Counted from the stretch's first letter, positions 26,830 to 41,193 are shown. The stretch: 64,000 bases of DNA from Octopus sinensis (GCF_006345805.1 NC_043020.1:25234001-25298000); one strand, 5' to 3'. Translations and numbers: made by a program. Notes: generated by a model from the letters alone, not told the origin.

Positions 26830-28560
26830 ACTGCGAGTGTGTGTGTAAGTATGTATGTGTGTCGATGTGTGAGTGTGTCTGTGTGTATGTCTGGGTGTCA
26901 GTGTGTCCGATGAATGTATGTGAGTATGTGTGTATATATGTGTGTGCATAGATGTATGTCCGTGTGTGTATGTGTATGAGTGTGTATGTATGTACGTGTG
27001 GGTGTGTGGAAGTGTGTGTATGTGCATGTGTGTGCGCGTACATACAGGTGTGTGAGTGAGTGTGTGTATGTGTATGTATGTGTGAGTGTGTATGTATGTG
27101 TGTGTAGGATGCAGTATGTGTATGGGTGTATGTATTTGTGTGTGTATATATGTATGTGTACGTGCGTGTGGTGTGTGTATGCTGTATGCATGTATGCGTG
27201 TAGGTGTGCGCGTGTGCATGCATGCATGCATGTGCGTATGTGTGTGTGTGTGCATGTGTGTGGGTATATGTATGTGCGTATATGTGTGTGTATGTGCGTA
27301 CATGTGTGTGTGTGTATGCATGTGTGTGTATGTAGGTGTGTAGCGTGTGTTGTATAGGTGTGAGTATGTAAGTATGTATGGGTGTGTCCGTGTATGTGTG
27401 TGATGTATGTGTATGTAGGTGTGTGGGCGTGTGTTGTGTATAGGTGTATGTATGTAAGTATGTATGGGTGTGTCCGTGTATGTGTGTGTATGTATGTGTA
27501 TGTAGGGTGTGGGCGTTGTGTGATAGGGTATGTATGTATGTCTGGGTGTGTCCGTGCGTTTGTGTGGTGTGTATGCATGTGTATGTAGGTGTGTGTGTAC
27601 GTGTGTATGTGTGTAGGCGTGTGTGTGTAGATGTATGTATGTATGGGTGTGTGTCTGTGTGTGTTGTGTGTGGTGTGTAGGTAGGTGTGTGTGTCTGAGT
27701 GAGGGTATGCTGTGTGTAGGTGTGTGTGTGTATGATGTAAGTGTGTGTGTGTACAAGTGTAATGTATGTATGTGGGTGTGTGTGTGTGTATGTGTACGTG
27801 TGCGTGTGTATGTGTGTGTATGCGTGTGAGTGTGAGTGTATGGATGTATGTCTGTGTGTGTGTGTGCGGGTATGTGTGTGTGTGTATGTGTGTGTGTGAG
27901 TAGGTGTGCGTGTATGTATGTGGGTAGCGATACATGCGAGTGTGTGGGTATGTATGTATACATACGCACGCACACACCCGAAGCAAGCCCACACGCACGA
28001 AGCGCGCTCACGCACACAACACACAAGCAATACAACGCAAGCTCATGGGGCCGACCAAGCTCCCAGCGCGCGCCAAGGCGCGCGCGCCAAGGCGCGCGAG
28101 CGCAAAGGCCCTCGAACGACCCGCTACGCGGGAACCGAGGATCCATCAGCCAAAACCGGAAAGCAGAAAAGAGGGGGGGCTGCCTGGATGCAAAAAGGTG
28201 TATGTGTGTGTGCATTCAGTGTAAGGGTGTGCATGTGTGGGTATGTATGTATGTGTGTGTGCCTACATGTATGTGTGCATGTGTGTGTATGTGAAGTATG
28301 TACGTGCGGTGTGTGTGGTGAGATGTGTGGTATGTATGTGCGTATGTATGTGTGTATGTAGTGTGTATGTATGTCTGTGGTTGTGTTGTAAGTATGTATG
28401 TGTGTGTGGTATGTATGTATGGTGTGTGTATGTGCATGTTGGTTTGTATGTTAGTGTGTGCATGTATGTCTATAAGTGTGTGTGATTGAATGTATGTACG
28501 TAGATGTGTCTACGTATGTGTGTGTGTGAACAGGCGTGTGGGAGGTAGGTAGGTGTGTGT
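26830..28560. repeat. Degenerate (TG)n/(TATG)n low-complexity tract
   Basis: Direct reading; source of the spurious His/Thr-rich ORFs. Confidence 0.9.
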
Positions 28561-28599
28561 GTGTGGGTGGTGTATCCGGGAAAAAAAAAGTAGAGGACC

Positions 28600-29160
28600 T
28601 CAAGAGGAGGGGGCTGTGTTAAGTCCGTGTGGGGTAGTAGTTTGTAGGGTGAAGATGTAGCGTTGCTCCAAGTGGAGCCTGGAAAGTGGGCGACCATTGT
28701 GGGGGGCGAGACCAAACACTGAGATGTCATCTAGGGAATGGCCGGCCGAGCGAAAGTGGCGTGCGACGGGAGAAAATGAGTGTAGGCGAACGTCCCTCAA
28801 ATGTTCTGTGAATCGGTCGGACAACCGGCGTCCCGTCTGTCCTACATACAGCATCCCGCATAGGTTGCATTTAATGCAGTAAATAAGGCCAGACGAGGTG
28901 CACGTAAAAGAGTGCCTAATGCGTACAGTATGCCGGTTGGAGCCGGTGACAGCGGTGGTGTTGGTGATGAAGGGGCAAGTGTTGCAGCGGGATCTAGAGC
29001 AAGGGAATGATCCGTGTGGGGATGAGGGGGAAGGAGAGAGGGTGCTGTGGACCAGGAGGTCACGCAGATTGTGGGCTCGTTTGAAGGAGGACAGGGGTGG
29101 GTTAGGGAAAATGGGGCGGGTGGTGGGATCAAGCTGGAGGCGACGGAAGGCACGTAGTAT
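28600..29160 (-). pseudogene. Penelope-like element C-terminal CCHH linker + GIY-YIG endonuclease
   Basis: NLRDLLVHS, CSRSRCNTC, FTCTSSGLIYCIKCNLCGMLYVGQTGRRLSDRFTEH, VARHF, RLHLEQRYIFTLQT..PHGLN. Confidence 0.9.
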
Positions 29161-29179
29161 CATATATATACATATATAG

Positions 29180-29322
29180 GACGGGCTTCTTTCAGTTTCT
29201 GTCTATGTGATTCACTCACAAGACTTCAAGACTTTTGCCTTTTGGTGCCATGCAGTAGGACTGAACTTGGAACACTGTGGTTGGGAAGCAAGATTCTTAC
29301 CCTACAGCCACGCCTGCACCTC
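29180..29322 (-). mobile_element. SINE family A fragment
   Basis: ACGGGCTTCTTTCAGTTTC...CTTACCCTACAGCCACGCCTGCACCT. Confidence 0.8.
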
Positions 29323-29472
29323 CACACAATCACACGACGGGGACGAGCAACATCGTAAGTAGAAGAACGGTCATGATTTATACATACACATGAATATATT
29401 TAAAGATATATATACATACACTCAATAAGTTTGTGTATGTGCGCGTGCGCGAGTCTGTGCGTGTATGTGTAT

Positions 29473-29760
29473 GTGAAAGTAGGTGGCCTAGTGGTGAGGC
29501 GTGCTACTCTCACGATCCTGGTTTCGATTCCCAGACAAGCTGTCCGTTGTGTTCTTGACCAAAAAACTTTCATTTCACATTGTTCCAGTTCACTCACCTG
29601 TGAATGGGTTACCCTACGACAGACTATCCTTCCGACCAAGGGGGTTGTTGGCTTGCTCGCCTAACCTGCGGGGCTGGCATCATTCGTAAGCAAAAACTAT
29701 ACAAATTGCATTGTGACCAGCAATGTATAACAACATCCAAAAGTTTAGTCTATCACATGA
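29473..29760 (+). mobile_element. tRNA-derived SINE (family B-related)
   Basis: GGTGGCCTAGTGGTGAGGC (A box) and GGTTTCGATTCCC (B box). Confidence 0.75.
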
Positions 29761-30039
29761 TATACAGAAGTATGTATAAATAATATATATATAAAGTAAA
29801 GTGTGTGTGTGTACAAGTGTAATGTATGTATGTGGGTGTGTGTGTGTGTGTATGTGTACGTGTGCGTGTGTATGTGTGTGTGTGTATAAAGTAAAGATTA
29901 TTTGCCAACATAATGTGGCAGTCCAGGTTTGGATGAGTGTTACTGTTGTTTTAACACCCCCCTCGTTGAGAGATTTCGAAATAATAAAGTCCGTCGTGTG
30001 TGTGTGTGTGTGTGTGTGTGTAAATATATATAAAACTTG

Positions 30040-30345
30040 GATAACTTAGATTGGTTTCGGCCATGACAAACACAATAGCACCACCTGGAAAAGTCTTTTA
30101 GTTAATTATTTCGGAACAATGAACCACGCAAGCAGAGAGTTGTCGTTGGTTGGGACGTATCGAGATGTAGGTGCTTTATCTGTATTTCCTGGAGGAATTT
30201 GTCCAAGTATCGTTTCTTTCGGGATAACATTGAAAAGTGCAGGACCATTTGCAGTGAAGAAATTGTGTCGCAATGTTCTTATGTAATGTGATCTCGACCT
30301 TTGTAGGGGACGCATTGCACGGGAGCCTGGTCTTGGGTGAATTGT
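30040..30345 (-). mobile_element. CR1/L2-type LINE 3' end fragment
   Basis: RHNFFTANGPALFNVIPK...NSLL, typical of the ORF2 C-terminus of this group. Confidence 0.6.
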
Positions 30346-30431
30346 AAACGTAATACCAAAATCATTTGGATAATATTGGTGGAATATTTATCATATCGGT
30401 GGGAAAAGAATATATATATATATATATATAT

Positions 30432-30475
<44 letters not shown>

Positions 30476-30534
30476 AATGTGAGGATAAAATTCTTTTCGA
30501 AAAAAAAAATTTTCTCGAAAAAAATTTTATCAAT

Positions 30535-31082
30535 GGCCAGCATATTAAAAAATACCTTTAACGGTTAAATTTATAAACAATTCATAAATGAGGGCAAAGG
30601 AAAAAAATTCTAATGCCAAATATGCCGAAAAATTGGACATATTGTCCATTAACCATATAATTTTTTTCACAATACGCACGCTACTCGAAAAAAGGTCGAC
30701 AGAAATTTCTAAAAAATTCCATTATTACCATATCGGGCCGATTTCAGAGTTAGCTACTAAGAGCCCTCTCTTCATCAGTGATACATGTGGCAAAAGAAAT
30801 AAATGAGATACTTACTCACACCCATGGAAGAAGTCATGGGCACAACTACATCCAAATACATCCAAAATAGAAATACTCCAGCCCATTCGAGGCACGTGCG
30901 ATTTATATATGTATAACTCTGAAATCGGCCCGATATGGTAATAATGGAATTTTTTAGAAATTTCTGTCGACCTTTTTTCGAGTAGCGTGCGTATTGTGAA
31001 AAAATTATATGGTTAATGGACAATATGTCCAATTTTTCGGCATATTTGGCATTAGAATCTTTTTCCTTTGCCCTCATTTATG

Positions 31083-31087
<5 letters not shown>
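30535..31087. mobile_element. PLE pseudo-LTR pair in inverted orientation
   Basis: About 30578-30751 is the reverse complement of about 30915-31087. Complete HHR on the minus arm. (TA)n tracts lie on both sides. Confidence 0.75.
30726..30783 (-). ncRNA. Canonical type I hammerhead ribozyme
   Basis: Minus strand: UAUCA CUGAUGA AGAG AGGGCUC UUAG UAG CUAA CUCU GAAAUCG GCC CGAUA UGGUA. Confidence 0.8.
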
Positions 31088-31124
<37 letters not shown>

Positions 31125-31669
31125 TATACATATCTATGTGTGTGCTTGTGTATGTATGTGTGTATGTATGTGTATATGTAGATGTGTATGTAAGAAGCCA
31201 TTTAGAATGCTCGAAATGTTACGGAGTTTAGATTGTACGAAATAGTGATGTATTTGAACAGGGCAGCTGTATTCTTCACCTGAAAGTTAGAAGTCACCTC
31301 TAAGATGATTCACTTTGCTTTAAAACTCGTTAAGAACTTGCTGAGAGCTATATGAACAAGGATGCCTCTCTCAATCTCTCTCTCTCACACACACTCTCTT
31401 TCTCTCTCTCTCTTCTCTCTTATGTTTGTGTGTGTATTTATATATATGTATGTATGTATATAAGTATGTATGTATGTATGTATATCTTTCATTATTGGTT
31501 AAGCTCACTAGTTTTGCATTACTCGACGTCTTCGTCGAGTAGACGTCTGAAATCTAGCATATTAACATCCAAGTAGCTGTGTTATGTATTGTGTGCCGTA
31601 TTTGTATTACTACAAGCGTATGTGAGTGTGTGCGTGTGTGTGTGTGTGTCAGTGTTTGTGTATGTAGAT

Positions 31670-31724
<55 letters not shown>

Positions 31725-31730
31725 ATGATG

Positions 31731-31768
<38 letters not shown>

Positions 31769-31781
31769 ATGATGGATAGAC

Positions 31782-31869
<88 letters not shown>

Positions 31870-32417
31870 GTTTGAGAAGACATTATTTTATTTCATCATT
31901 CTATAAAATTTCTTCGGTTCGAAGAAAAAAATTCGTGAACTATATATTTTTTTTTTCAAGAAATCACATGAAAAATTTTCGGTGCAACAAAATATAATGA
32001 TATTTGATATCCCAGATTGAAATATTCAAATATATGTTCACTTACTTTTATATGAAAAATGTTCAAAAAGGTTTACAAAATAATAATAATAGCAATAAAA
32101 ATAATAATAATAATACCAACAAAACCAACAACAACAATAATGCAAATGAGGAAAGATTTAATGTATATTTTCCAATATGGACGCCAAAGTATATATTCTT
32201 ATATTCTTGTATTCCTTTAAGTATGTTCGTTCCAGAAAAGTCATTTTTGTGAAGGAAATTAATCTTCCTTCCTAATCAGTTTGGAACCAAGGAATTAATA
32301 CTCTAAACTATTGTTGGTGATATGTTTTGTTGTATCTATGTATATATGTATGTATGTACATATGTATATATATATATAATATATATATATATAAATATAT
32401 TATATATATATATATAT

Positions 32418-32453
<36 letters not shown>

Positions 32454-32546
32454 GTTTGTGTATACATATATCTATATACATACATATGTACATATATGTA
32501 TATATAGACAGACAAATAGATAAGTGAACTGAGAAAGATATACAGG

Positions 32547-32594
<48 letters not shown>

Positions 32595-32932
32595 GAAAGA
32601 AATGAAAACAATTATTTTCATCATTCTATACTTACGTTTTATTCGATTCGATTCCTAATATTAAACAAAATTTGTAAAGGCAAAATAGAGATTTTATATA
32701 CACACACATAGCAATATATATATATATGCTTATGTAAGTATATCTGTGTGTGTACATAAAAATATATATATATATCATATATGTACATATATATATGCTT
32801 CTTAATATATATATATATATATATATCTATATATATATATACATAGATACATATATATATGTATGTATATATATATATGTATATAGATATATAACTATAT
32901 ATATACACACATATACACACATACATACATGC

Positions 32933-32975
<43 letters not shown>

Positions 32976-33351
32976 AATATATATACATATATATATATAA
33001 ACGTGGAGGCCATTTTGTGTGCGCGAGAGCGGTTGTGCATTTGTGTGTGTATATTTATATATAATGGTATGGTGTGTGTGTGTAGCTGCGTATGTGCATA
33101 TGTGTGTGTGTGCGTATGCACAGTTCAAGCCAATGCCATCTATTGTCAGCTGCATAGAATGAAATATTTAGATATACTCTACCATACAATACCTGTGTTT
33201 ACTACCGATAATCGTGCTGTTACGAGGTCTATGTATTACGTGACTGACACAACTTCTAGAAATCCTGTCTGATATTCATGGCATACGCTTATACAAGACA
33301 TACGTAGTTATGTATTGCATCTCTCTCCCCTCTCGCTATATATATATATAT

Positions 33352-33409
<58 letters not shown>

Positions 33410-33612
33410 ATGATATATATATATTATGTATATGTATAATATATGTATATATATACATAATAGTGTATATATATATAATATGTCTATATATGTATATATA
33501 TAATATAAATATATATATATGCGTATATAATATATATACATACAAATATATATATATGTATATATTATATATGTATATAATATATATGGATATATATATA
33601 TATATATATATA

Positions 33613-33658
<46 letters not shown>

Positions 33659-34199
33659 TATATACATATATATACAGATACAAATATATTTATATTCATA
33701 TAAATTTATATACATATATATATATGTTAAATATATATATATGTTTAAATGTATGTGTGTATACTCATAATACTTATATATTTGCATATATATATGTGTG
33801 TGTGTGTATGTATTATTGTTACATGTGTATTTATTCATATAAATATGTGTGTGTTTGTGTGTGTGTACATTTATACTATATATATATATACACATATACA
33901 TATATAAAGATACACACACGCACACACACACACATATATATATAAAGAGAGAGGAAGAGAGAGAGAGAGATCATATATCCACATATATTCTCACGTATAC
34001 ATTCAAAGACTTCAAGGATTTAACCAAAAGAACTCCTAAGAACGCCTTCCCCATAAACGTATCGTGAACATAATAAAAAACATAATAAAAAACGTCCAAA
34101 ACCACTTGACTGGAGGTTTTCCTAAACAAAAGACTTGCAGAGGGTTTTTATAAAGAAACCTCATAAACTACCCGGAAGATTTATTTAACTCTTTCCCAA

Positions 34200-35780
34200 G
34201 TTTAGAAACAATATTGCTAAAATTATCGTATAAAAATGCGCGCAACCCTCTGTTGGTTTGGAAACATGGACGTTTACTTAGCAACTTTTGGTCATTAGAC
34301 GATTATGAGGAGCATGTATGTCTTAGTCGGATTGGAATCAGAAAAGGGGCTGTATTGCTTCGAAAATATTTGACTATCGATGTACGACTGGATTTCCTGA
34401 ATTGAGACATGATGCAAAGGATTTGTTTCATCCGGGCATTTATTAAATCAGTATTAAATGTATAGCCTGTCGGTTATACATTCCACAAATTTGTGATTCT
34501 GCTCAGTGGACTTCGAGAATTTTAGCAGACTGGGACCCGATTGCTAGAAGCTAAACATGTCTTTCCCAGCGTGAAAAAAAAATTATGGAGAGTGGATTAG
34601 AATCTAAGTAAACTGGCGGTTGATGGTGGCAAACGTCAACGGCCGGTGATGGAATACTTTGCAGAAAGCAATTAGAGTAGAATCGATAAGTTTTATCAAT
34701 TAAATTAGAGGGCATTGAATGAGTAAATTAGAGCAGATGATTAGGTGTCACGATTGACGCGCAAGCGGTAAGAGAGCGGTGAGAATGACCCTCAAATATT
34801 TCTTCAGTGGGAACATGAAGGTTACGTTAGGTGAGAACTAAGGTATGTGCTCAAAGACGCGAAGGAATGAAAACCGTTTAAATGACCTGTGTAACAAATG
34901 CATGATATACAAACAATGCTGGAATTTGGCCTTTAACGGCCCAGTTTGAGTGCGTTTTACATGATTCCGAGCAGATGCATGCGGCTTCCACAAGGACTTC
35001 GCTCAACTTTTGGTGGAAAGTGGTGGGACAGAGACGGTAATAGATTTGGCACTTATTACGTTGGTCTGTCGCAACTCTCGGGTGAGCAATGCTGCAAAAA
35101 GCCGCTCATAGCAAATGAAATGCTGGCAACGTTATACAAAAATGTACACAAAGAATCTGGTGTCCGATGAAATTTATATATATTTATCAAATTTGTTCGC
35201 CGGATGCAGGGATCAATATTTTGGCTAAGGTGTTGATGCTTGTCGAGAGAAAGAATTGTCCATAGGATGGAAGGATGAAATACAAATTTAATTTTTTTTC
35301 ACTCGATAGACAGAGAGACAGACAGATGCTTAGGATTGGTCGATGATTCCTGCATTCAGCAGAGGTATGAGCCAGAAATAATGAAATCCCTTTTGTTCGC
35401 CTTCATCCTTGATTAGGGAGATCACTCCTCGGCTTACGGAACTGGGAAGTCTTTTGTTTTGTTGCTTGCTGCAGTAGACGCCATCTGCCAAGAGGTTAAC
35501 GAGCCTGACAAATATGAATGAAGCTCATAACGTAGACCATCCAATCCAGGTGCTTTGTATAATAGCTTAACTTTGCCAGTATTTCAGTTGCTATGACTGG
35601 CATTTTGTAGCACTCCAAGCCGAGATTTGCGACAGACCAACACAGTAGGCGCTAAATCTATTACCATATCCGTCCCACAGTCTTCCCCCACGAAAGAAAA
35701 AAAATTGACTGAAGCCCTGTTGGAAAGCTGGATGCATCTGCTTGGAACCGTGCAGGACAACCTTTGAGTGAAATTGGGCC
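34200..35780 (-). mobile_element. Highly decayed L1/Tx1-type RT fragment
   Basis: Minus strand APGLDGL (about 35530-35555), LAKIL (about 35215-35230) and an NWRPI-like segment (about 34930-34947); no open frame. Confidence 0.5.
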
Positions 35781-36078
35781 CTGGACCCGTGGAAATTGTA
35801 TAGAGACAGATATTGCCTTTAATTCACATGTGCAGGTTTGTCACTCACCGTGTCACTCTGATACAGTTTGAGAATTACACTAAAATGACATGCGTGCCTG
35901 TGGAGTACTGAGCTACTTACAGGTTAGTTCAAAAATTCAAACAACTGAATGGCCGACATCGAAACTGATGTGAAAGCATCATTTCGCATACACGTACATA
36001 CACACACGTACACACAAGTACACAGAAACGCATGCACATACACGGACGTATATGTACATGTATATATATATTATATAT

Positions 36079-36138
<60 letters not shown>

Positions 36139-36169
36139 TAATATGTGTTATATTATATATTATATATAT

Positions 36170-36898
36170 ATTAATAGTTATCGCCATACTAATATGGCAG
36201 TCTAAATATAAGACTAAAGCTGTCGCTGATTAGCTCCAAGAGGCCACCGCCTCTAGCTAGCTATATGACACACGAACCTGCGTCCATTATAAACCTTCGA
36301 ACAGGGGAGGTCAGCCGCTTCACCTTGCTAGTCAGACATCTGCAGATATGTGTCAGGGTTGTTGCCCTTTATCAATGCAGCGTAGTCAGAACCAGCAGGT
36401 GTCGCTACTGACGTCTGTTCGAAGGTTTTATTTACCTAATTACAGTGGAATATTATTAGTATGGCGATAACAATTAATATCCAGTAACGCTGGATATTAA
36501 TCTCCTTTAGAGAGACTTAGTAATTTTAATATTTCTATTATTGAAAACAAGTGGATGTATTCCACTGTAACTAGGTAAATAAAATCTTCGAACAGATGGT
36601 CAGTAGCGACACCTGCTGGTACTGACTACGCTGCATTGATAAAGGGCAACAACCCTGAAACATGTCTGCATATGTCTGACTAGTAAAGGTGAAGCGGCTA
36701 ACCTCCCCTGTTCGAAGGTTTATAATGGACGCAGGTTCGTGTGTCATATAGCTAGCTAGAGGCGGTGGCCTCTTGGAGCTAATCAGCGACAGCTTTAGTC
36801 TTATATTTTGACTGCCATATTAGTATGGCGATAACTATTATATCCAGTAACGCTGCCGTAATCTCCTTAGAGAGACTTAGTAATTTTAATATTTCTAT

Positions 36899-36900
<2 letters not shown>
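36170..36900. repeat. Divergent subfamily of the retrozyme-like repeat: inverted partial copy (36170-36455, minus) joined to about 1.2 direct units (36455-36900, plus)
   Basis: Shares GCCATATTAGTATGGCGATAAC, AGAGAGACTTAGTAATTTTAATATTTCTATT and GAAAACAAGTGGATGTATTCCAC with the 50 kb array. (TA)n on both sides. Confidence 0.9.
36631..36671 (+). ncRNA. Type I hammerhead ribozyme, U3-A8 variant
   Basis: UGCA UUGAUAA AGGG CAACAA CCCU GAAAC AU GUC UGCA; stem III palindrome ACAUGU. Confidence 0.8.
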
Positions 36901-36941
<41 letters not shown>

Positions 36942-37387
36942 TATATAATATACATGTTATATATGTATATATATACATGTGTATAAATATATAAATATAT
37001 ATATATATATTGTTATATAAATAAATAATAATATATATAATCATGTGTATAAATATATAAATATATATATATATACATGTGTATAATATATAAATATATA
37101 TATATATATATATACATGTGTATAAATATATAAATATATATATATACATGTGTATAAAATGTATATATGTATATGTATATATGTATATGTATATATATAT
37201 GTATATATATATATGTATATATGTACATATATATAAGGTATATATATATTACTATATATATATATCTATACACATAAATATATAAATGTATATATGTATG
37301 CATATATATATATATATATATTATATATATTATATATTTATATATATATATATATAATATATTAATATATATATATATATAGATATA

Positions 37388-37547
37388 TGCGCCAGTGGCT
37401 GTGTGGTAAGTGCTTGCTAACCAGCCACATGGTTCCGGGTTCAGTCCCACTGCGTGGCATCTTGGGCAAGCATTTTCTGCTATAGCCCCAGGCAGACCAA
37501 TACCTTGTGAGTGGATTTGGTAGACGGAAACTGAAAGAAGCCTGTCG

Positions 37548-37578
<31 letters not shown>

Positions 37579-37772
37579 GTGTGTGTATGTGTGTGTGTGT
37601 GTGTGTGTCTGTCTGTGTTTGCCCCCTGGTGTGTTTACGTCCCCGTCACTTAGCAGTTCGGCAAAAGAATAAGTCCTGGGCTTACAAAGAATAAGTCCCG
37701 GTGTCAATTTGCTCGACTAAAAAGGCGGTGCTCCAGCATGGCCGCAGTTAAATGACTGAAACAAGTAAAAGA
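37388..37772 (+). mobile_element. tRNA-derived SINE family A with internal microsatellite and tail
   Basis: GTGGCTGTGTGGTAAG (A box), GGGTTCAGTCCC (B box), 3' ...AATGACTGAAACAAGTAAAAGAG. Confidence 0.9.
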
Positions 37773-38690
37773 GAAAAAGAGAAAGAGATATAAATATGTG
37801 AGTGTGAGTGTGAGTGCATGTGTACGTGTGCTGGTATTTGTAAGTTCAATAAATCGTGCTTTAAAAATAATCCTTCGGAAAGGGGAAGGAGATGCGGAGG
37901 GAGGAAAGAGAGGGAGAGGTGGGAATGATGGGAGGGAAGGGAGTAGATGGGGCTGCACAAAATATCTTTCTTCACTTTCAGATTTCTTAGAATCTATGAG
38001 TGATGTTGTTGTTGTTGATGTAGATGTGGATAGGTCTATCTGTGTATTTGTAAATGTGTCCGTGTGTTTGTGGATGTGGGTGTATATGCGTATTATAGTT
38101 GTTATTGTTGATGTTGGAGGCGGTATCTTGTTTTGGCTTTTGTCTTTGTTTTTTTCTTTCCTTTGTTTTTCTTTATATGTTTTCCTTTTGTTTTTCTTTA
38201 TTCCTTTGTTAATTTTAGCTTTTCTTTCCGTTTTATAAATGTTTTTCGTATTTTTTCTTCTTTGACAAAAAAGTATTTTTTCTTGATATATATTTGGACG
38301 AAAGAAGAAAGGAGATGGAATCATACTATATTTAGGAAAAACCTAAAATTTATATACATTTCGGCTGATTCCATTTTTTCCTCTTAAATTTTAACTTTAT
38401 CCTGTCTTCTCTCAAACCTGCATTTTCTCTCGCTCTCCGTATGTATTTATCTAATCATTTATTCACCTAGCTAGCTATCCGCATAGCTATGTCTCTCTCC
38501 CTCCTCTCTCTCTGTCTCTCTCTCTCTCTCGCGCGCGCGCTTTTATAAAACTCAATCTTATTTTCTATATTTTGAGGAATTTTTTTATGTTCGTGTTAGA
38601 AGAAATTCACATTCACATAAACATTTATTTGTGTATGTGTACTATATATATATGGACATACATATAGCATATATACTTTACATATATATA

Positions 38691-38757
<67 letters not shown>

Positions 38758-38925
38758 GTATGTAGGTATATATTCTTATGTTAATATGTGTATATGAAAA
38801 CCGTCTCAGTATAAAATTTGTGCAAATGTAATATTCATATGCGAATAAGCATGTTGGAATTAGCCCGAGTTATACATAATATTTAGATATATATATATAT
38901 TATATATGTGTAATATATTAATATA

Positions 38926-38963
<38 letters not shown>

Positions 38964-40013
38964 ATATATATATTATATGCACACATACATGCATATTTAT
39001 ATATATATATTATCTAATATAAATATATATATATATATTTCTGCTCAGTGTGATGAATATCTACATCCGGTCTGTATGGTCATAGATCCGATTTGCAGAC
39101 TGCGCACCTGTCACATTGGGCCCTTGAGCAAGTCACTTTATTTCAGTTAATTTCAACACAGATAAAAAAAAAATGAGTTACGTCTCGAACAGAACGACGC
39201 CTTGCAGACTCTTATACCTCTATTATCTCGAATTCATTATACCAAATCGCATTTATTTACAAAATAGCTTTCTGGCTTTGTCAATATATACTTGTTCTAT
39301 GTAAATATATGTGTGTGTGAGTGTGTGTGTGCGCGTATGTGTGTGTATGTGTGTGCGTGTGTGTAAAGGTGAGATCCAAGAATCAAGGTGTAGGAAGTTA
39401 GTAAGCTTTGGACTGCCCGTACAAGATATAATAAACGACGTTCAGGAACAATAGTGGTTTGTTGACGCAGAGGGTTGTGAATGTTGTCCGTACGGAGTTT
39501 GAAAAGCTGAAAAAAAAAGCTGGGATTGCTGTGTTTACAAATAAAATCCAAAATTAGAAATGGAGCCGATAAAATTCAGACCATATATGTTTCATATCTA
39601 TCAGAATCTCGGAAGTAGTAATTACCCAAACGAGGGTACTCGTCGGGCCAAAGATACCTTAAAATAAAAAGAAGTTTACATCGTCGTCAAGGGATCCTGT
39701 GTTAACTCGCAGGAGATTTGATCGAAAATGCGTGGAAAGGACAAAGTGAGAGAAGAAAAGGGAAAACTTATTTGTGAAGAAATAATGTGTGCGAGTGTTA
39801 AGGAAAAGAATAAGAATATGAATAAAGACAAAAAGAGGGGGAGAATAGGGGAGAAAAATTTGGTATTGCTGAAGCTCGCTAGAGGAATATGAATATATAT
39901 AAAATTAGTGTACATTTATACACAAAAGAGGTAACCCCAATAGGGCACCTTACATGTTGTCTATTGACTATTTTATACATGATAGTCACTTGTAGAAAAT
40001 ATCTCTAAATTTT

Positions 40014-40067
<54 letters not shown>

Positions 40068-40828
40068 GTGTGTGTGTGTGTGTGTATCTAACACAAGAAA
40101 AAGCTCCTCTTATAAGGATGTTAAACATCCATTTTCACTGGTTAGCTGTTCAATACATATATGCATACATATATATATATATTTATATGCATATATACGT
40201 ACTTGGATATATACATGCATACATATATGCATAAATATATATGCATATATATATATATATACATATATATATACATACATATTTATATGCATATATGTAT
40301 ATGTGTGAGTGTGTGTGTGTGTGTGTGAGAGTTAGAGGTTAAGAAACCAACTAAGGGATATTAAATATCAAATATACTACTGGATGTATACCTACGTATT
40401 TATAACCAAGTGCTAACTATTGCAGGGCAATATCGCAATTGCATACTAGGTATGAGTGGGGGGTAAATTAGAAATTTACCCAGGATTTATAAGGCAAATA
40501 AGAAAATGGACTGGATAAACAATCGTCAAACATCAGCCAGTAAACATATGTGTAAGGGATTCAAGTAAACGAATGAAAGAAGCCAATAAATACGTAAACA
40601 GAAATATATACAGAAATAAATTAATAATAGGTGAGTGTACAAATACTAAACTGTTACAGCCGTTTCTACCATCAGGCTGCCAAATCTTCCAAGTTATCCT
40701 CATCACGTCAGTGATACACAGGGATGAACAAACATTGGACAGGGATTGGACAATGGTTGAGCCCCAAGGCTTCTTCAGAGAGTCCACATGTTAGGAAACT
40801 AACATGTGGGAAAGTAAGTTAAAATAAT

Positions 40829-41193
40829 GCTGAGAGCTGAGACCCCCTTCGGTCATGACTGACCATGGGATTGCACCTAGGAAGTTACCCTCCCAGGCAA
40901 GGTTGCTTATGGTTGCTATGCCCTCCGGGTGAGGTTGTTTCTGGAAGACCAGCGGTTGCCCATGCATACCAGCCTCTCCTTTCCATGCCACCGATGTTAT
41001 CCAAGGAAAGACAAAGGCCGATACAGTTTGGCACTTGTGACGTCGCAACTCATTTCTACAGCTGAGTAAACTGGAGCAACGTGAAATAAAGTGTCTTGCT
41101 CAAGAACACAACACGCGGCCCAGTCCGGGATTCGAACACACAACCTGGCGATCGTAAGCTCGACGCTCTAACCACTGAGCCATGAGCCTTCAC
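40829..41193 (-). mobile_element. SINE family B with 13-bp target-site duplication
   Basis: AAGTTAAAATAAT at 40816-40828 and 41194-41206; A/B boxes on the minus strand. Confidence 0.9.

Noticed and set aside
26578-28215. 545-aa and 461-aa His/Thr-rich ORFs
   Set aside because: Translations of degenerate (CA)n/(CATA)n repeats that lack stop codons; no domain signal.
39380-39560. Possible GIY-YIG tail (NPSFF..FKLRTDN) on the minus strand
   Set aside because: Similarity too weak to call without an alignment.
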